Source: Eledone cirrhosa (lineage: Eukaryota). From it: a DNA stretch of 64,000 bases. Of the stretch, positions 1 to 11,317 are shown in pieces. Location of the stretch: NCBI GenBank assembly GCA_964016885.1, contig OZ024740.1, positions 308,946,001-309,010,000 on the forward strand. The letters are read 5' to 3'. The notes beneath the pieces were generated by a model, which made no database searches, was not told the DNA's origin, and saw only the letters and a list, made by a program, of their open reading frames with translations. The translations under genes and the position numbers were made by a program. Each line of letters begins with the position of its first letter. Positions within the stretch are counted from its first letter, which is position 1.

Positions 1-200
1 GCATACACATATCATACATTTTACAATGTGCACGTTCAAAATTTTAACGTCTTTTCATTTGATTTAACTTAAATCTGCTCTCCAAACAAGCAAGTCAACC
101 TGATCGATTTTTTAAGTCTCTCATAGTTTGTTATTCTCTCATTCTTTTGTTATCTAGGCGATTTAATGTTCTTCCTAACGCATTGTTTGGTTTTCAAAAT

Positions 201-658
201 TTGTGGGACAAGGTGATAAAAACTGACCTTGCTCACTTACATCTCTCCAAGACAATGTCACTGGATCGAGATCTTTGGCACCTTGCAGTTGTACAGAAGA
301 CCCACCTTCCCTTGCATACAAACCTACAGTCAGTAGGCACCTCATAACGCAATATAGACCCCACCCCACACACCCTACCCCATTCTCTCATTTCCATGCA
401 CTTTGTCAGTGACACACCAAAAAGCACTCAATCCACACTGTAAAATGGTCATGTAGGAGACACGGTAAAAAGGTTCCCAGCCCACACTGTAAAAGTGGTT
501 GGTGTTAGGAAGGGCATCCAGCCGTAAAAACCTGCCAGAGACACTTTCGTCTGAGCGAGACACGGTCTCCCGACCAATCTCACAGCAAATGGAACAAAAC
601 CGTCTAACCCATGCTAACGTGGAAGATGGTCATTAAACGATGATAATGATGATGATGA

Positions 659-660
<2 letters not shown>
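201..660 (+). mobile_element. RTE-clade LINE 3' end (ORF C-terminus, 3' UTR, (GAT)n tail)
   Basis: Translates WDKVIKTDLAHLHLSKTMSLDRDLW, matching the C-terminus of the RTE copies at 17156 and 49778; same 3' UTR motif GTTAGGAAGGGCATCCAGC; (GAT)n tail at ~638-660. Confidence 0.85.
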
Positions 661-699
<39 letters not shown>

Positions 700-952
700 G
701 GTGTTAAAGTTTGCTTGAAGCATTGTGAAATGTGTAAAAATACGTATTTAAGAAAGCCACAACAATGCAAAGGGAAATCTCGAGGTAGGAAGTGAAATAT
801 AGATAGGAAAAACAGGTGAAAGTGAAAATTGAGAGAGACAAAGATGAAAACAAAACAAAGGTAGAAGGGTTACCGTAGTAGAGATTTAATCCCAATATTT
901 CGGGCTCACTCCCATCAACGGGGGAAAAACAAACAATTTCTGACACACCCCG

Positions 953-990
<38 letters not shown>

Positions 991-994
<4 letters not shown>

Positions 995-1792
995 CGGGGT
1001 GTGTCAGAAAAGTAACAGGATTAGTGTGCTGTATGAGCTATGAGTTGGATAGGCATTAGTGGATTGTGTCACCGTGTGGGGAGTATATTTTTCATGTGTT
1101 TTTGTTAACAGCTCCTCAATTTTAGGCCATTGCGTGATGGGCACAGAGCAACAAATGATCCTGGAGGTTCTGGTCTGGCTGGGGAAAAGTTCATTAGAAG
1201 CACTCGGAATACTGCAGCAAGTGTATGGAGATGAGATGATGTAGCACTCATGGGTTTTCAAGTGGCACAAAAGGTTCAAAGATGACCCCAGGAGCATAAG
1301 GTCTTCAATGAGCAGGACTGAGTCCAACATTGTGCTGGTGAAGCAGCTGGTGCATGGCAGTTGTCAGCCGGCTGACTGTTTGACTGATTGCAAGTGAGCT
1401 GGGCATGGAAGATTATCATGGAAGATTTGGGCATGCGGAAGAACTGGGTGAAGATGGTGCCTAAGCTGCTGAATGATAACCAGAAGGAGTGGAGCAGGTG
1501 TGTCAAGACATTCTTGAGCATCTTTAAACCATACCAGACTTGCTGGGGGAGTCATCACCGGTGAGGAGTTATAGATCTTCAAGTATGACCTGGAGACCAA
1601 GCCCCAGAGCCATCAAGTGGGCTGTGACGATGGAGCTGCAGAGAATCCTTCCAGGAATGCATGGAGGCATGGCAGAGAAAGATAGGAAAGTGCATTAGAC
1701 TTGATGGGGATTAATTCGAAGAAGAAAAATTGTAAATTGTAGTTTAAATTTGAAATATTTTTTTGCCACCCCAGTCCTGTTTCTTTTCTGAG
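991..1792 (+). mobile_element. Decayed, internally deleted mariner (Tc1/mariner) transposon
   Basis: Left TIR TAAGCGGGGTGTGTCAGAAAAGTAACAGGA at a TA; partial right TIR TCCTGTTTCTTTTCTGA at 1776-1791; remnant MGTEQQMILEVLVWLGKSSLEALGILQQVYGDE..WVFKWHKRFKD resembles the mariner N-terminal HTH; stops and frameshifts. Confidence 0.8.
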
Positions 1793-2169
1793 AGAAACAT
1801 AGTATTTTGTTCATATATATATAAAAAGCATGTAATATTTAAGAAACAGAATATACTTTAAGGTGGAAAAGTTATTATTTTCCTTATGGCCGCTGTTTCA
1901 TAGTTGCTAAAACCGGAGTGAAAATTGATCTAAGTAATCAATCATTGATTACCAACTATGTTGATATTTTAAATTAGTATATCTGCCTCAAATCCTTAAT
2001 TTGTTGAGCTGCTTATGCTGTGACTGGTACACCGCACCACTTTCTAGCGGATGTAATGTCTAGTCCTATTTATATCTGTCGTCACTGTTTAAAACTTACT
2101 TCACACCATAAGATATGGATTGTGGAACATGACAGATATAAAGGTTTTTTGTACTTTATTGGAACATAT

Positions 2170-2383
2170 AATTGTTTCTACTTTAGGCACAAGGCTAGCT
2201 ATTTGAAAGGAAGGGGGAAAGTTGATTAAATCGATCCCAATACATTACTGATGCTTTATTTTATTGACCCCGTAAGGATGAAAAGCAAAGCTAAACTCAG
2301 TGGGATTTGAACGTAAATGGCCATAACTCTATGCTGCAAAGCATAGTGTCTGACATTCTACTGATACTGCCAATCCAGCACCC
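2170..2383 (-). mobile_element. tRNA-derived SINE, family A
   Basis: Same family as 4254 and 22340 (A-box-like GATTGGCAGTATC head, GTTCAAATCC B-box, CTTTCATCCT..GGGGTC.ATAAAATAAAG core, GTAGAAACAATTA tail). Confidence 0.8.
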
Positions 2384-2397
2384 TAATAACAAGATGA

Positions 2398-2526
2398 TTT
2401 CCTCTGATGACTAGTTCCGTGTTTTCCAGAGCTCTACCAATATCAATAGTTGGTAATCAACGATCTATTATTTAGATTGATTTTCATTCTGGTTTTACCA
2501 ACTATGAAACAGCGGCTGTAAGGAAA
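2398..2526 (+). ncRNA. Type I hammerhead ribozyme motif (candidate)
   Basis: TTTCCT-CTGATGA(2404-2410)..AACTAT-GAAA(2506-2509)-CAGCGGCTG-TA-AGGAAA; stem I TTTCCT/AGGAAA, near-palindromic stem III ACAGC-G-GCTGT, GUA triplet. Confidence 0.6.
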
Positions 2527-3391
2527 ATAATAACTCTTTCACCTTAAAGTATATACTGTTTCCTAAATATTACATGCTTTTTATATATATGTACGAAATG
2601 CTATGTGTTTCTCTAATGATATATGGCTATACATATATATTTTAAAATTTAAATTATTGATGCTCTGGACAAACATCCATTGAGCTATTCTGTAGAGAAA
2701 CATATTCATCATACACATTATATATGCTATGATACTTTAAATTAGTATATATATATAAATATATATATATATACTCATTAAAAGCAACACAAGGCCTGAC
2801 TGGAAACTTTACTTAGAACTTTAATTCCACGAAAACACTATGCATATTTTGATGGCCCAATTACGATGCAAGAATCGAGTGATTTTATTGGGTATTAATT
2901 TCAGAATTAGGATGACTTGCATAGCCTTGAGTGTTCTAATGTATTGCATCCTTGTTTACTAACCAGATTCACCAGTTCTGCACATTGGTAAACAACCTAA
3001 CATAAATGGTATACATATATATATATATAATAAAACGTTACAGTATCGTAAATGAGGATAGAAAGAGGAGGTATAAAGAGATGCGATACAGAGTGTTATT
3101 TGCCAAAAGCAAGTGCATAGGTGCTCAATGCTTGTGTACTCAGGCTTAAATATTAGAGGAGTTAATATTTAGTGTATGAAGATAAGCAGACCAGTTATAT
3201 GAAAGACTTTTCCTCCATTTTTCTATACGGACTAATGCATTCTGATGTTAAAATATGTCTACCCATACAGGGTACTTTATTAAATACTTTGCTTTTATTA
3301 TTGCCTCAGAAGCGAAACATATGTAAGAGCTTTTTATAAATGAGATTTATCTCTTTCATTAATATTTTCGCTTATATATTTATATATATAA

Positions 3392-3606
3392 TGGTCGTGG
3401 AGGTGCCACGGCAAAAAAGCACCCAGCCCACACTGTAAATGAGGTTGGTGTTAGGAAGGGCATCCAGTTGTAGAAATCAAGCCAGAATCAGTTCCTGTAT
3501 GAGCAAGGCATGGTCAGCCCGACAGGACACTGCCCACAACAGGACAACCTGTCTAACCCAAGCTAGCTTGGAAGAACGGACATAAAACAGTGATGATGAT
3601 GGTGAT
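3392..3606 (+). mobile_element. RTE-type 3' tail fragment (SINE/LINE shared tail)
   Basis: GGTGCCACGGCAAAAAAGCACCCAGC..GTTAGGAAGGGCATCCAG..(GAT)n, same as 40720-40885. Confidence 0.75.
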
Positions 3607-4253
3607 TATATATATATATTTATGTGTGTGTTTGTGTGTGTATATGTATATATAATATGTATGTATGTGCATGCCACAGAATACACTATTATAAGAAATC
3701 AGTTATATATGAATTGAATTTATGAATCATTTGTTTTTGTTGCTAGAAAATTGAGAAAACTCAACGTTACTGGACTTGCATACATAAGTGAATTCCCTTT
3801 AGTATTGAGGTATTTTAGAGGAACTGGTATTTCAAACAGATATTTGCAGTGAAAATTGTGCAGGGTATTCATATGTAAAAAAAATATAACACTTTTGTCA
3901 TGAAAATATATCTCTTCAGGGAATTACAAAATATTTTGTGAAATCTAAAGAAATAGTATTAAAAAAAAGTACAAAACATTACTAAGAGTTTGTAACAAGA
4001 ATATTTGAATGTGAATATGATTCAGAATTGAGATTTTTATCATAGTTTAGAAAACAATTCTTACTTAAAAATATATATTCAATGTGATGTAAAAGATAGA
4101 CATTATATACTACCTAACTTTATAGTTAAAAGTTTATAAATATGAAGGAAAGAATCCAGCTATAGAAATAGCTAATCATATCAATAATTCACCCACTAGT
4201 CATAATACCACTTCCAACCCATCTGAGCATGTCAATCCTGTTTATGTAAATAA

Positions 4254-4439
4254 TTGTTTCTACTTTAGGCACAAGGCCAGCAATTACCCAGTACATTACT
4301 GGTACTTTATTTTATCGACCCCGTAAGGATGAAAGGCAAAGTTAACCTCGGCGGGATTTGAACTCAGACTGTAAAGGAACGTAACTATGCTAGAAAGCAT
4401 GGCGTCCAACCCTCTACCGATACTGCCAATTCACTGCCC
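4254..4439 (-). mobile_element. tRNA-derived SINE family A with 15-bp TSD
   Basis: Full-length copy flanked by TGTTTATGTAAATAA at 4239-4253 and 4440-4454. Confidence 0.9.
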
Positions 4440-4679
4440 TGTTTATGTAAATAACGAACAGGAGAGGTGACAGTATGCACCCTTCACAGAGTTTGACTAT
4501 CACATTGAGTGGTTTCAATTTAGCACCATTTATTGAACACAAATACTCGAGTATTCACATAGAGACATCAGAGCAGCAAGAAGCTTACCATCGATCCCAT
4601 GCTCCTGCACAACCTTCCATGGCAGGTCCTGAGGAACCTGGTCATATGCCTTTTCAAGGTCGACAAAACAAGAATATAC

Positions 4680-5180
4680 CTCAGGTAGAGAAGTTCAAGT
4701 ATCTTGGGGCCATGTTCACAAGTGATGGAAGGCAAGAGGCTGAATTAAGTGCAAGAATTGTAGGAGCTGGTGCAGGAATGCACTAGATTCAGGATTCAGT
4801 TATCAGAAGAAGGGAGGTAGGCATAAAGGTCAAACTCGCTATCTTCAAATCGCTATTCATGCCAACCCTTACCTATTGCCATGAATCTTGGGTAATGACT
4901 GAAAGAATATGATTGCAAATACAAGCAGTCAAAACGAGGATCCTCTGAAGAGTCTTTGGTGAAATGTTACCCTATAGAGGTGTTTAGCTTGGAGATCAGG
5001 GAGTCACTCTAGGTAGAGCCGCTACTTCTCCGAATTGAGAAGTGACAGTTCCAATACTATGGGCATGTGGTTAGGATGTCTCAGGAAAGAATTGCTGAAC
5101 AGATTTTATGAGCAAAACCAACCGGCAAGAGACCCTAGGGTAGACCCCAACTAAGATGGTTGGATAACATCCATGAGCTT
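4680..5180 (+). pseudogene. RTE family B LINE 3' ORF fragment
   Basis: QVEKFKYLGAMFTSDGRQEAELSARI..; homologous to 34640-35275 and 39190-39398; multiple stops. Confidence 0.8.
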
Positions 5181-5351
5181 GTTGTCTTCTATGTGTAATA
5201 CTACTTTGCACCGTAGTTGTGCAAAGCAACATGTATAAACAATAAGGAAGGGTTAAAATTAGGAATACTAGATGAGGGCGACGTCATAACTTTGTCTTTC
5301 TATTTCTTTCTGTCACCTCAAAAACACACAGCGTTCCTTTTTCTCTCTCTA

Positions 5352-8300
5352 TAATCTAATCGGCCAATTCCAACCGGCCGATAGATATCGACTAGATTTC
5401 CCGACAGCACCACAGTGGACGTGGGCAAACCGCAGTGGGACATCTAGATCGTATCTAGATAGGTTTTTCATTAGAGAGAAGGACAAGAAGATGTTAAGCT
5501 GTCCACAAATGCACATGGTTGCCTATTCAGATCTCAAACTAGTCGTTTGCATAGTCAACCGTGATAGAATACATAGACAAGGATGCGGATACTGGAAGCT
5601 GAACGTGTCGTTGCCGGCATGAAAAGCTTACAGTGAACGGATAATAAGATTAGTTAAGCAAGAGCCGACGGGAGCCATCGTCAACAATAGATGGTGGTAC
5701 TCTCTCAAGAGAGCAATTAGAGTAGAATCGATAGGGTTTAGCAGAGAATTAGCTTTAGAGAAAAACAAATCAGAAACAGAACTAGTAGCCAAGGTAGAAG
5801 AGGCGCTTAGGAGTGGCAACGCAGCTAGAGTGCTAGCATCGAGAACAGCACTGGACCAGTTCTTCGACGCGAAACACGAAGGCTGCGTGGTCAGAAGTAA
5901 AACACGTGTTCTAGGAAACGAGGGAGCAAAAGCTGTTAGCTGGGCCCGAGTGGCGGAAGCAAAAAGTGGCAACAAGTCCATGGTTCGGTCTTTGAAAGAC
6001 CAAAACGGATGCGTGCTACTTGACCTGAAGCAGATGTGCGCGGCCTTTCAGCGGCACTTTGCGCGACTGTTTGAACAGAACGACAGTGCACCGAATGGGG
6101 CAATGGACTCTGGTTCATACCTCGACGGCCTGCCGCATCTCTCGAGCATGGACGCCGAGTTCTGCGAAAGACCAATCACAGCCACTGAGCTCTGAGCCGC
6201 TGCGGGAAATGCAAATCACCCGATCTAGATGGTCTACCCTATGAGTTTTACATAGGCATGCCGGACTTGTTCTCTGGCATCCTCGAAGCTGTCTACTGCA
6301 ATTGGCAGCAGAACGGGACAATTCCCAGTTCTGCATGCAAGGGCGTAGTAATGCTGATAAGAAAAGATGAGAACAAGGGGGACGAAATAAACAATTTCAG
6401 GCCCATAACTCTGCTCAACACAGTTAAAAATTTTGGCCAAGGTGCTAGCGACGAGGCTGGCGCTTGTCGTCGAAAACCTGGTAGGGAAAGCACAAACGTG
6501 TGCAATCCTGACCAGGTCCATACACGACAACCTCCACCTCATGCGATACATCATAGAGAGGGTGGGGTGTAAACCCAGCTTCGGTGGGGCTCTGATCAAT
6601 TTAGATCAGTCTAAGGCATTCTATAGGGTCGACCATCGATACTTGGAAGCGGTTCTCAAGGCGGCCGGTTTCAGTCCCGTTTTCAGAGGCTGGATCAAGG
6701 CGATGCACACCAGCATCTGCTCGAGGGTCAAGGTGAACGGCTACCTATCAGAGCCGTTCGCAATCACGCGTCGTTCCATTCGACAGGGATGCCCTATCTC
6801 CTCCATTCTGTACGTATTGACTCTAGAGCCACTACTGCGGAAGTTGGAGCTTTTGCAGTGCATCCCTCTAGAACCAGGACTGCGAAAATCGGCATCGGCT
6901 TATGCCGACGACGTGACGGTAATGGTGTCGAAAACCTTGGAAATCGAGGTAATCAGCAACCTACTACAGGAATACAAAAGGTTCACAGGAGCAAAACTGA
7001 ACCCGGACAAGTCTGTCGGTTTGAAACTCGGAACGTGGAGAGGCAAACCGATGCCATCCGACAGCGTCGTCGGATGCTGGACAGAAGGACCAGTGAAATT
7101 GCTCGGGGTCTGGTTCGGTCCAGACCTCCAGGTGGAGAAAAACTGGAATGAGGTCATGGCCAAGGTATTTGCGCTCACCCAGAAGTGGGCAGAGTGCAAA
7201 CTGTCTTTGAAAGGTCAAGCGGAGGTGGCGAACACTTTCATAGCGTTCATCATCTACTACCGCTTGACTGTCGTGCCTTGTCCCCGTGAATACCTCACCA
7301 AGATGGAACGCATGCTCTTTCAGTTCCTGTAGAAGAAGTAGGTTCCACTGGTGAGGAGATCCGTCTGCTGTGAACACCCTTCCAATGGAGGGCTGGGCAT
7401 GCTGTGGCTAATGATGCACAAACATGTGCTGAGGCTATGGCATCTCCAGGTATTCCTCAGCGACCAACTGGTGTGGGCACCGTTTGTGAGACATGCCTTC
7501 CCACAACTTGTCTCGCTGACGGAGCTGAAGTCCTGGGTCAAGCAAAGACCGAAGAAGATGGGCACCTGGGACATTGAATGCACCCAGGCACTCACAGTCT
7601 TCTGTCAAGCGGGCACAGCAATTAGTGGAGACTCCACTTCAACATTCTATAGAGGGTTAGTACTTTACAAGTGCGACGACGTGCTCGGAGAGACTCTAGG
7701 CGTCGAAGACGATGAGCTCACCAGTCTGTTTGGTAGGACTTTCCGCCCGGGACCTATGGACAACTTCCAGAGGTCCCTGGCCTGGCAGTGTTACCGAGGA
7801 GCTCTACCCGTTCGAGATAAGATCTACAGGTTCGGACATCCCGGCAGGGATCCTTCCAAGAGGACGTGTCCAAGATGCGAGCAGGACATTGAAACTGTCT
7901 TGCACGCAATTGTACACTGCCCGGGCGTAAGTGACCTGTGGAACTATGCAGAACAACTGCTGTTGCGTATGGGACAAATCCAGTTGACTGCCGAGTCCAT
8001 AGTAAGGATCAAACCGCCAGCCTCTTTCAAAAACAAAAGAGAGGCGGTTTTCCTCTGTACAGTTGCTATGGTGAAAGAGGTTATATGGTGGACGAGATTG
8101 AGAGGACTGAGGACAGATGCCTTTCTCTCCGGACAACAACTCATTCCCTTCTTTAGATACCACTGTAGAAGGAGAATCAGAGTGGAGAGGGAGGCACTGC
8201 ACCCCAGTAAATTTACTGAAAGGTGGGTGAATGAAGCGAAAATGGCCTGAGTGATTGGGCCTTCTCTGTTTATAAGCCTGTAGGTTAAAGAAGAGATCAA

Positions 8301-8520
8301 AAGGAAGAAAGGAGCACTTGCACAACACACTCCTGAAGTTGAGGGTTGTTCTATCGACGGGATATTAAACAACCCATTTGTGGCGCCTCATCCTTATTGG
8401 GGATTTCGATTGTTAGAATTGTTTGTTTCAATATTTTTACACGACTGTATGTAAAATCCCCGGCATGTGTCTTTATATTGTCCCCTTTTCTTGTGCGCCC
8501 TTGTGGCAAATAAAGAAATA
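5352..8520 (+). mobile_element. Tx1/L1-clade non-LTR retrotransposon, 5'-truncated ORF2 pseudogene plus 3' UTR
   Basis: APE C-terminus (WTWANRSGTSRSYLDR..YSD), GYWKLNVS motif, RT (NFRPITLLN, LDQSKAF, SIRQGCPIS, YADD at 6901), zf-RVT-like CPRC..ETVLHAIVHC, AATAAA at ~8508; frameshifts and stops. Confidence 0.92.
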
Positions 8521-9769
8521 TATCTATGTACATATCTCCCACTTAGTGCTTCCTCTCTTTCAATATAGATGATATTTCACCAGTTTAGTTTATTGCATCA
8601 AGATTATGAGTTCAAATCCTCCCATGGAAAAAATTGCTTAAAAGGGTTCCACATCTTAAGTGGAATATTTAGTTCACACAATTCTTTTTTTTTTTTGTAG
8701 TGAAAACTACAGTAATGTGCTTGCTCTCTAGATCATCTGGTCTAGAAGAAATTAGAGGCATGTGATCTGAGACATTAAGAGTTTAATATTTGTGCTAGAA
8801 ATGCAGCAGCACAATAATGGTGATTGTACTTCGATTGTTGACTCTTCTAAAAGTCTAAAAGAAGGCTCATAACCTGAAAAAATCCTAACAACCTACCCAA
8901 ATTGGAATTTCCTGTATTATCATCATTGCTACCTATGTTGGTGATAGTTGATATATCACTTTAAGAAATCTGCAATAGACAGATAGAATATAGTCCAGAA
9001 GTTACATCTTTTGAAGAAATCAAAGTATGATTATTTGTATAGGTGTGATGTTACTAAATTAAAATGAATAGCTTTAGTAGTGATTATTTCTTATATACAT
9101 TTTACCATTTAAAACATTAAGTGTTTTAGCATTGTAAATTGTCAAACATTTCAATTTTCATTGCTAATATCAACTACACCACAACATTGATCAGAGAATT
9201 TAGCAATAAAACACGTAGCATGAATAAAAGTAAAAGATTTTGTTGATATTTCAATCAATTCTCACTACTCTAGCTTTTGTAAAAAGCACTTTTTCGTTAT
9301 TAATCATAATACATATATAAGTACATACATCTCATTTTGCAGAATATACCTTTGCCATACAAAATAAAAAGATAACAACAAAATAAACAAATAAAACAAT
9401 ATAGAACAATATGGGGGTGTTTTCAATCTATTGTGATATAATTTGAAAAAACAAAACAAAAACCAAACTTATCTTTAAATAAGTTGATATAGAATCAGCA
9501 ATGATTGTTCTCTAACTATAGATTTTTCATTTTACTCAAACATTTTTTTTTTCAGAAGTATTTTGAAAGACATAGAAATATTAAATGTAAAACATCATAC
9601 CAAAATATAATAATTAAAATGTTGCAGCTCTTAAGATTTTCTAAAAGTCATTTTGATATATAAATTTTTAAGTCAGACATGGGAAATCTTTTTTATTAGT
9701 GGGCCTTATGAGATATTACTCATCATAAATTGGGCCATACCACTAAAAGAATTATTTAACAAACACCAG

Positions 9770-10085
9770 AATGCAGTGCAATGGCACTCCATCGGCTATG
9801 ACAATGAGTATTCCTGTTGATACGATCAATGGAACAGCCTGCTTGTGAAATTAACATGCAAGTGGCTGAGCATTCTACAAATACAAGTACTTTCAACGTA
9901 GTTCTCAGGGAGATTCAGTATGACACAGAATGTGACAAGACTGGCCCTTCAAATTACAAGTACAACTCATTTTTGTCAGCTGAGTGGACAGGATCAGTGA
10001 AATAAAGTGTCAAGGACACCACACATCGCGAACACAAGATCTTATGATGGTGAACCAAATAACCTAACCACAAAGCCACTCATCT
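9770..10085 (-). mobile_element. tRNA-derived SINE, family B (diverged)
   Basis: Reverse strand has GACACTTTATTTCAC..TCCACTCAGCTG core shared with 19290-19545 and 40546-40690. Confidence 0.7.
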
Positions 10086-10243
10086 TCACTTTAGTAGAGA
10101 ATACATCATATATTACACAAAGCAAATCATAAAAAACCAGATGAGAGCAACGTCGTCTTCTCCTTTTTTCTGTCGTACACACACATACATACACACTCTC
10201 TTTAAACAAATGATGTTCCTTTTTCTCTCTCTATCTATGTACA

Positions 10244-11070
10244 GCACTCTGGGCGTCGAAGACAATGAGCTCACCAGTATGTTTGGTAGGACTTTCCGCC
10301 CGGGACCTATGGACAACTTCCAGAGGTCCCTGGCCTGGCAGTGCTACCGAGGAGCTCTACCGGTTCGTGACAAGATCTACAGGCACGGACGCCCTGGCAG
10401 GGATCCTTCCAAGAGGACATGTCCAAGATGTGCGCAGGACATTGAAACAGTTCTGCACGCAATTGTACACTGCCCGGGCGTAAGCGACCTGTGGAACTAT
10501 GCAGAACAACTGCTGTCGCGTATGGGACAAATACAGTTGACTGCCGAGTCCATAGTAAGGATCAAACCGCCAGACTCTTTCAAAAACGAAAGAGAGGCGG
10601 TTTTCCTCTGTACGGTGGCTATGGTGAAAGAAGTTATATGGTGGACGAGGTTGAGAGGACTGAGGACAGATGCCTTTCTCTCCGGACAACAATTGATTCC
10701 ATTCTTTAAGTATCACTTTAGAAGGAGAATCAGGGTGGAGAGAGAGGCACTGCACCCCAGTAAATTTACTGAAAGGTGGGTGAATGAAGCGAAAATGGCC
10801 CGAGTGATTGGGCCTTCTCTGTTTATAAGCCTGTAGGTTGAGGAAGAGAGCAAAAGGAAGAAAGGAGCACTTGCACAACACGCTCCTTGAGTTGAGGGTT
10901 GTTCTATCGACGGGGTATTAAACAACCCATTTGTGGCGCCTCCCCCCTATTGGGGATTTCGATTGTTGAAATTGTTTGTTTCAATATTTTTTACACGACT
11001 GTATGTAAAATCCCCGGCATGTCTTTGTATTGTCCCCTTTCTTGTTGCGCCCTTGTGGCTAATAAAGAAA
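10244..11070 (+). mobile_element. Second Tx1/L1-clade copy, 5'-truncated, with 14-bp TSD
   Basis: Highly similar to 7694-8520; flanked by TCTATCTATGTACA at 10230-10243 and 11071-11084. Confidence 0.92.
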
Positions 11071-11084
11071 TCTATCTATGTACA

Positions 11085-11317
11085 TTTCTTTTGCTTGGTA
11101 TTCCCTTTCTTTCTATATAGATGAGAGCGAAGTCATAACTTGCTATCTATCTTCCTCATTCTGTAGCCTTGAAAACACAGCGTTCTCTTTTCACTCCCTA
11201 TATATGTACATCTCTCTTGCTTGGTGCTACCCCTCTCTATATAAAGTTAGCGTGGCGGGTGGAGGAATGAACAAACAGATGGACAGTCAGCGCTTTTATT
11301 ATAATATAGATTAGATA
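11085..11317 (+). repeat. Host repeat interrupted by Tx1 copies (HINE/DINE-like non-autonomous element)
   Basis: AGATGAG.GC.A.GTC..CTCTCTAT.TATGTACA unit recurs at 5270-5351, 10139-10243 and 11119-11243; ends CAGCGCTTTTATTATAATATAGATT. Confidence 0.55.

Larger units (their letters stand above)
1791..2614. repeat. ~180-bp inverted repeat pair (1791-1968 / 2439-2614), Penelope pLTR-like
   Basis: Reverse complement of 2439-2614 aligns along 1791-1968 with scattered mismatches; right arm carries the 3' half of a hammerhead core. Confidence 0.8.

Noticed and set aside
10141-10836. 231-aa ORF with hydrophobic N-terminus as a domesticated gene
   Set aside because: Chance fusion of the host repeat with a truncated Tx1 ORF2 bounded by a TSD.
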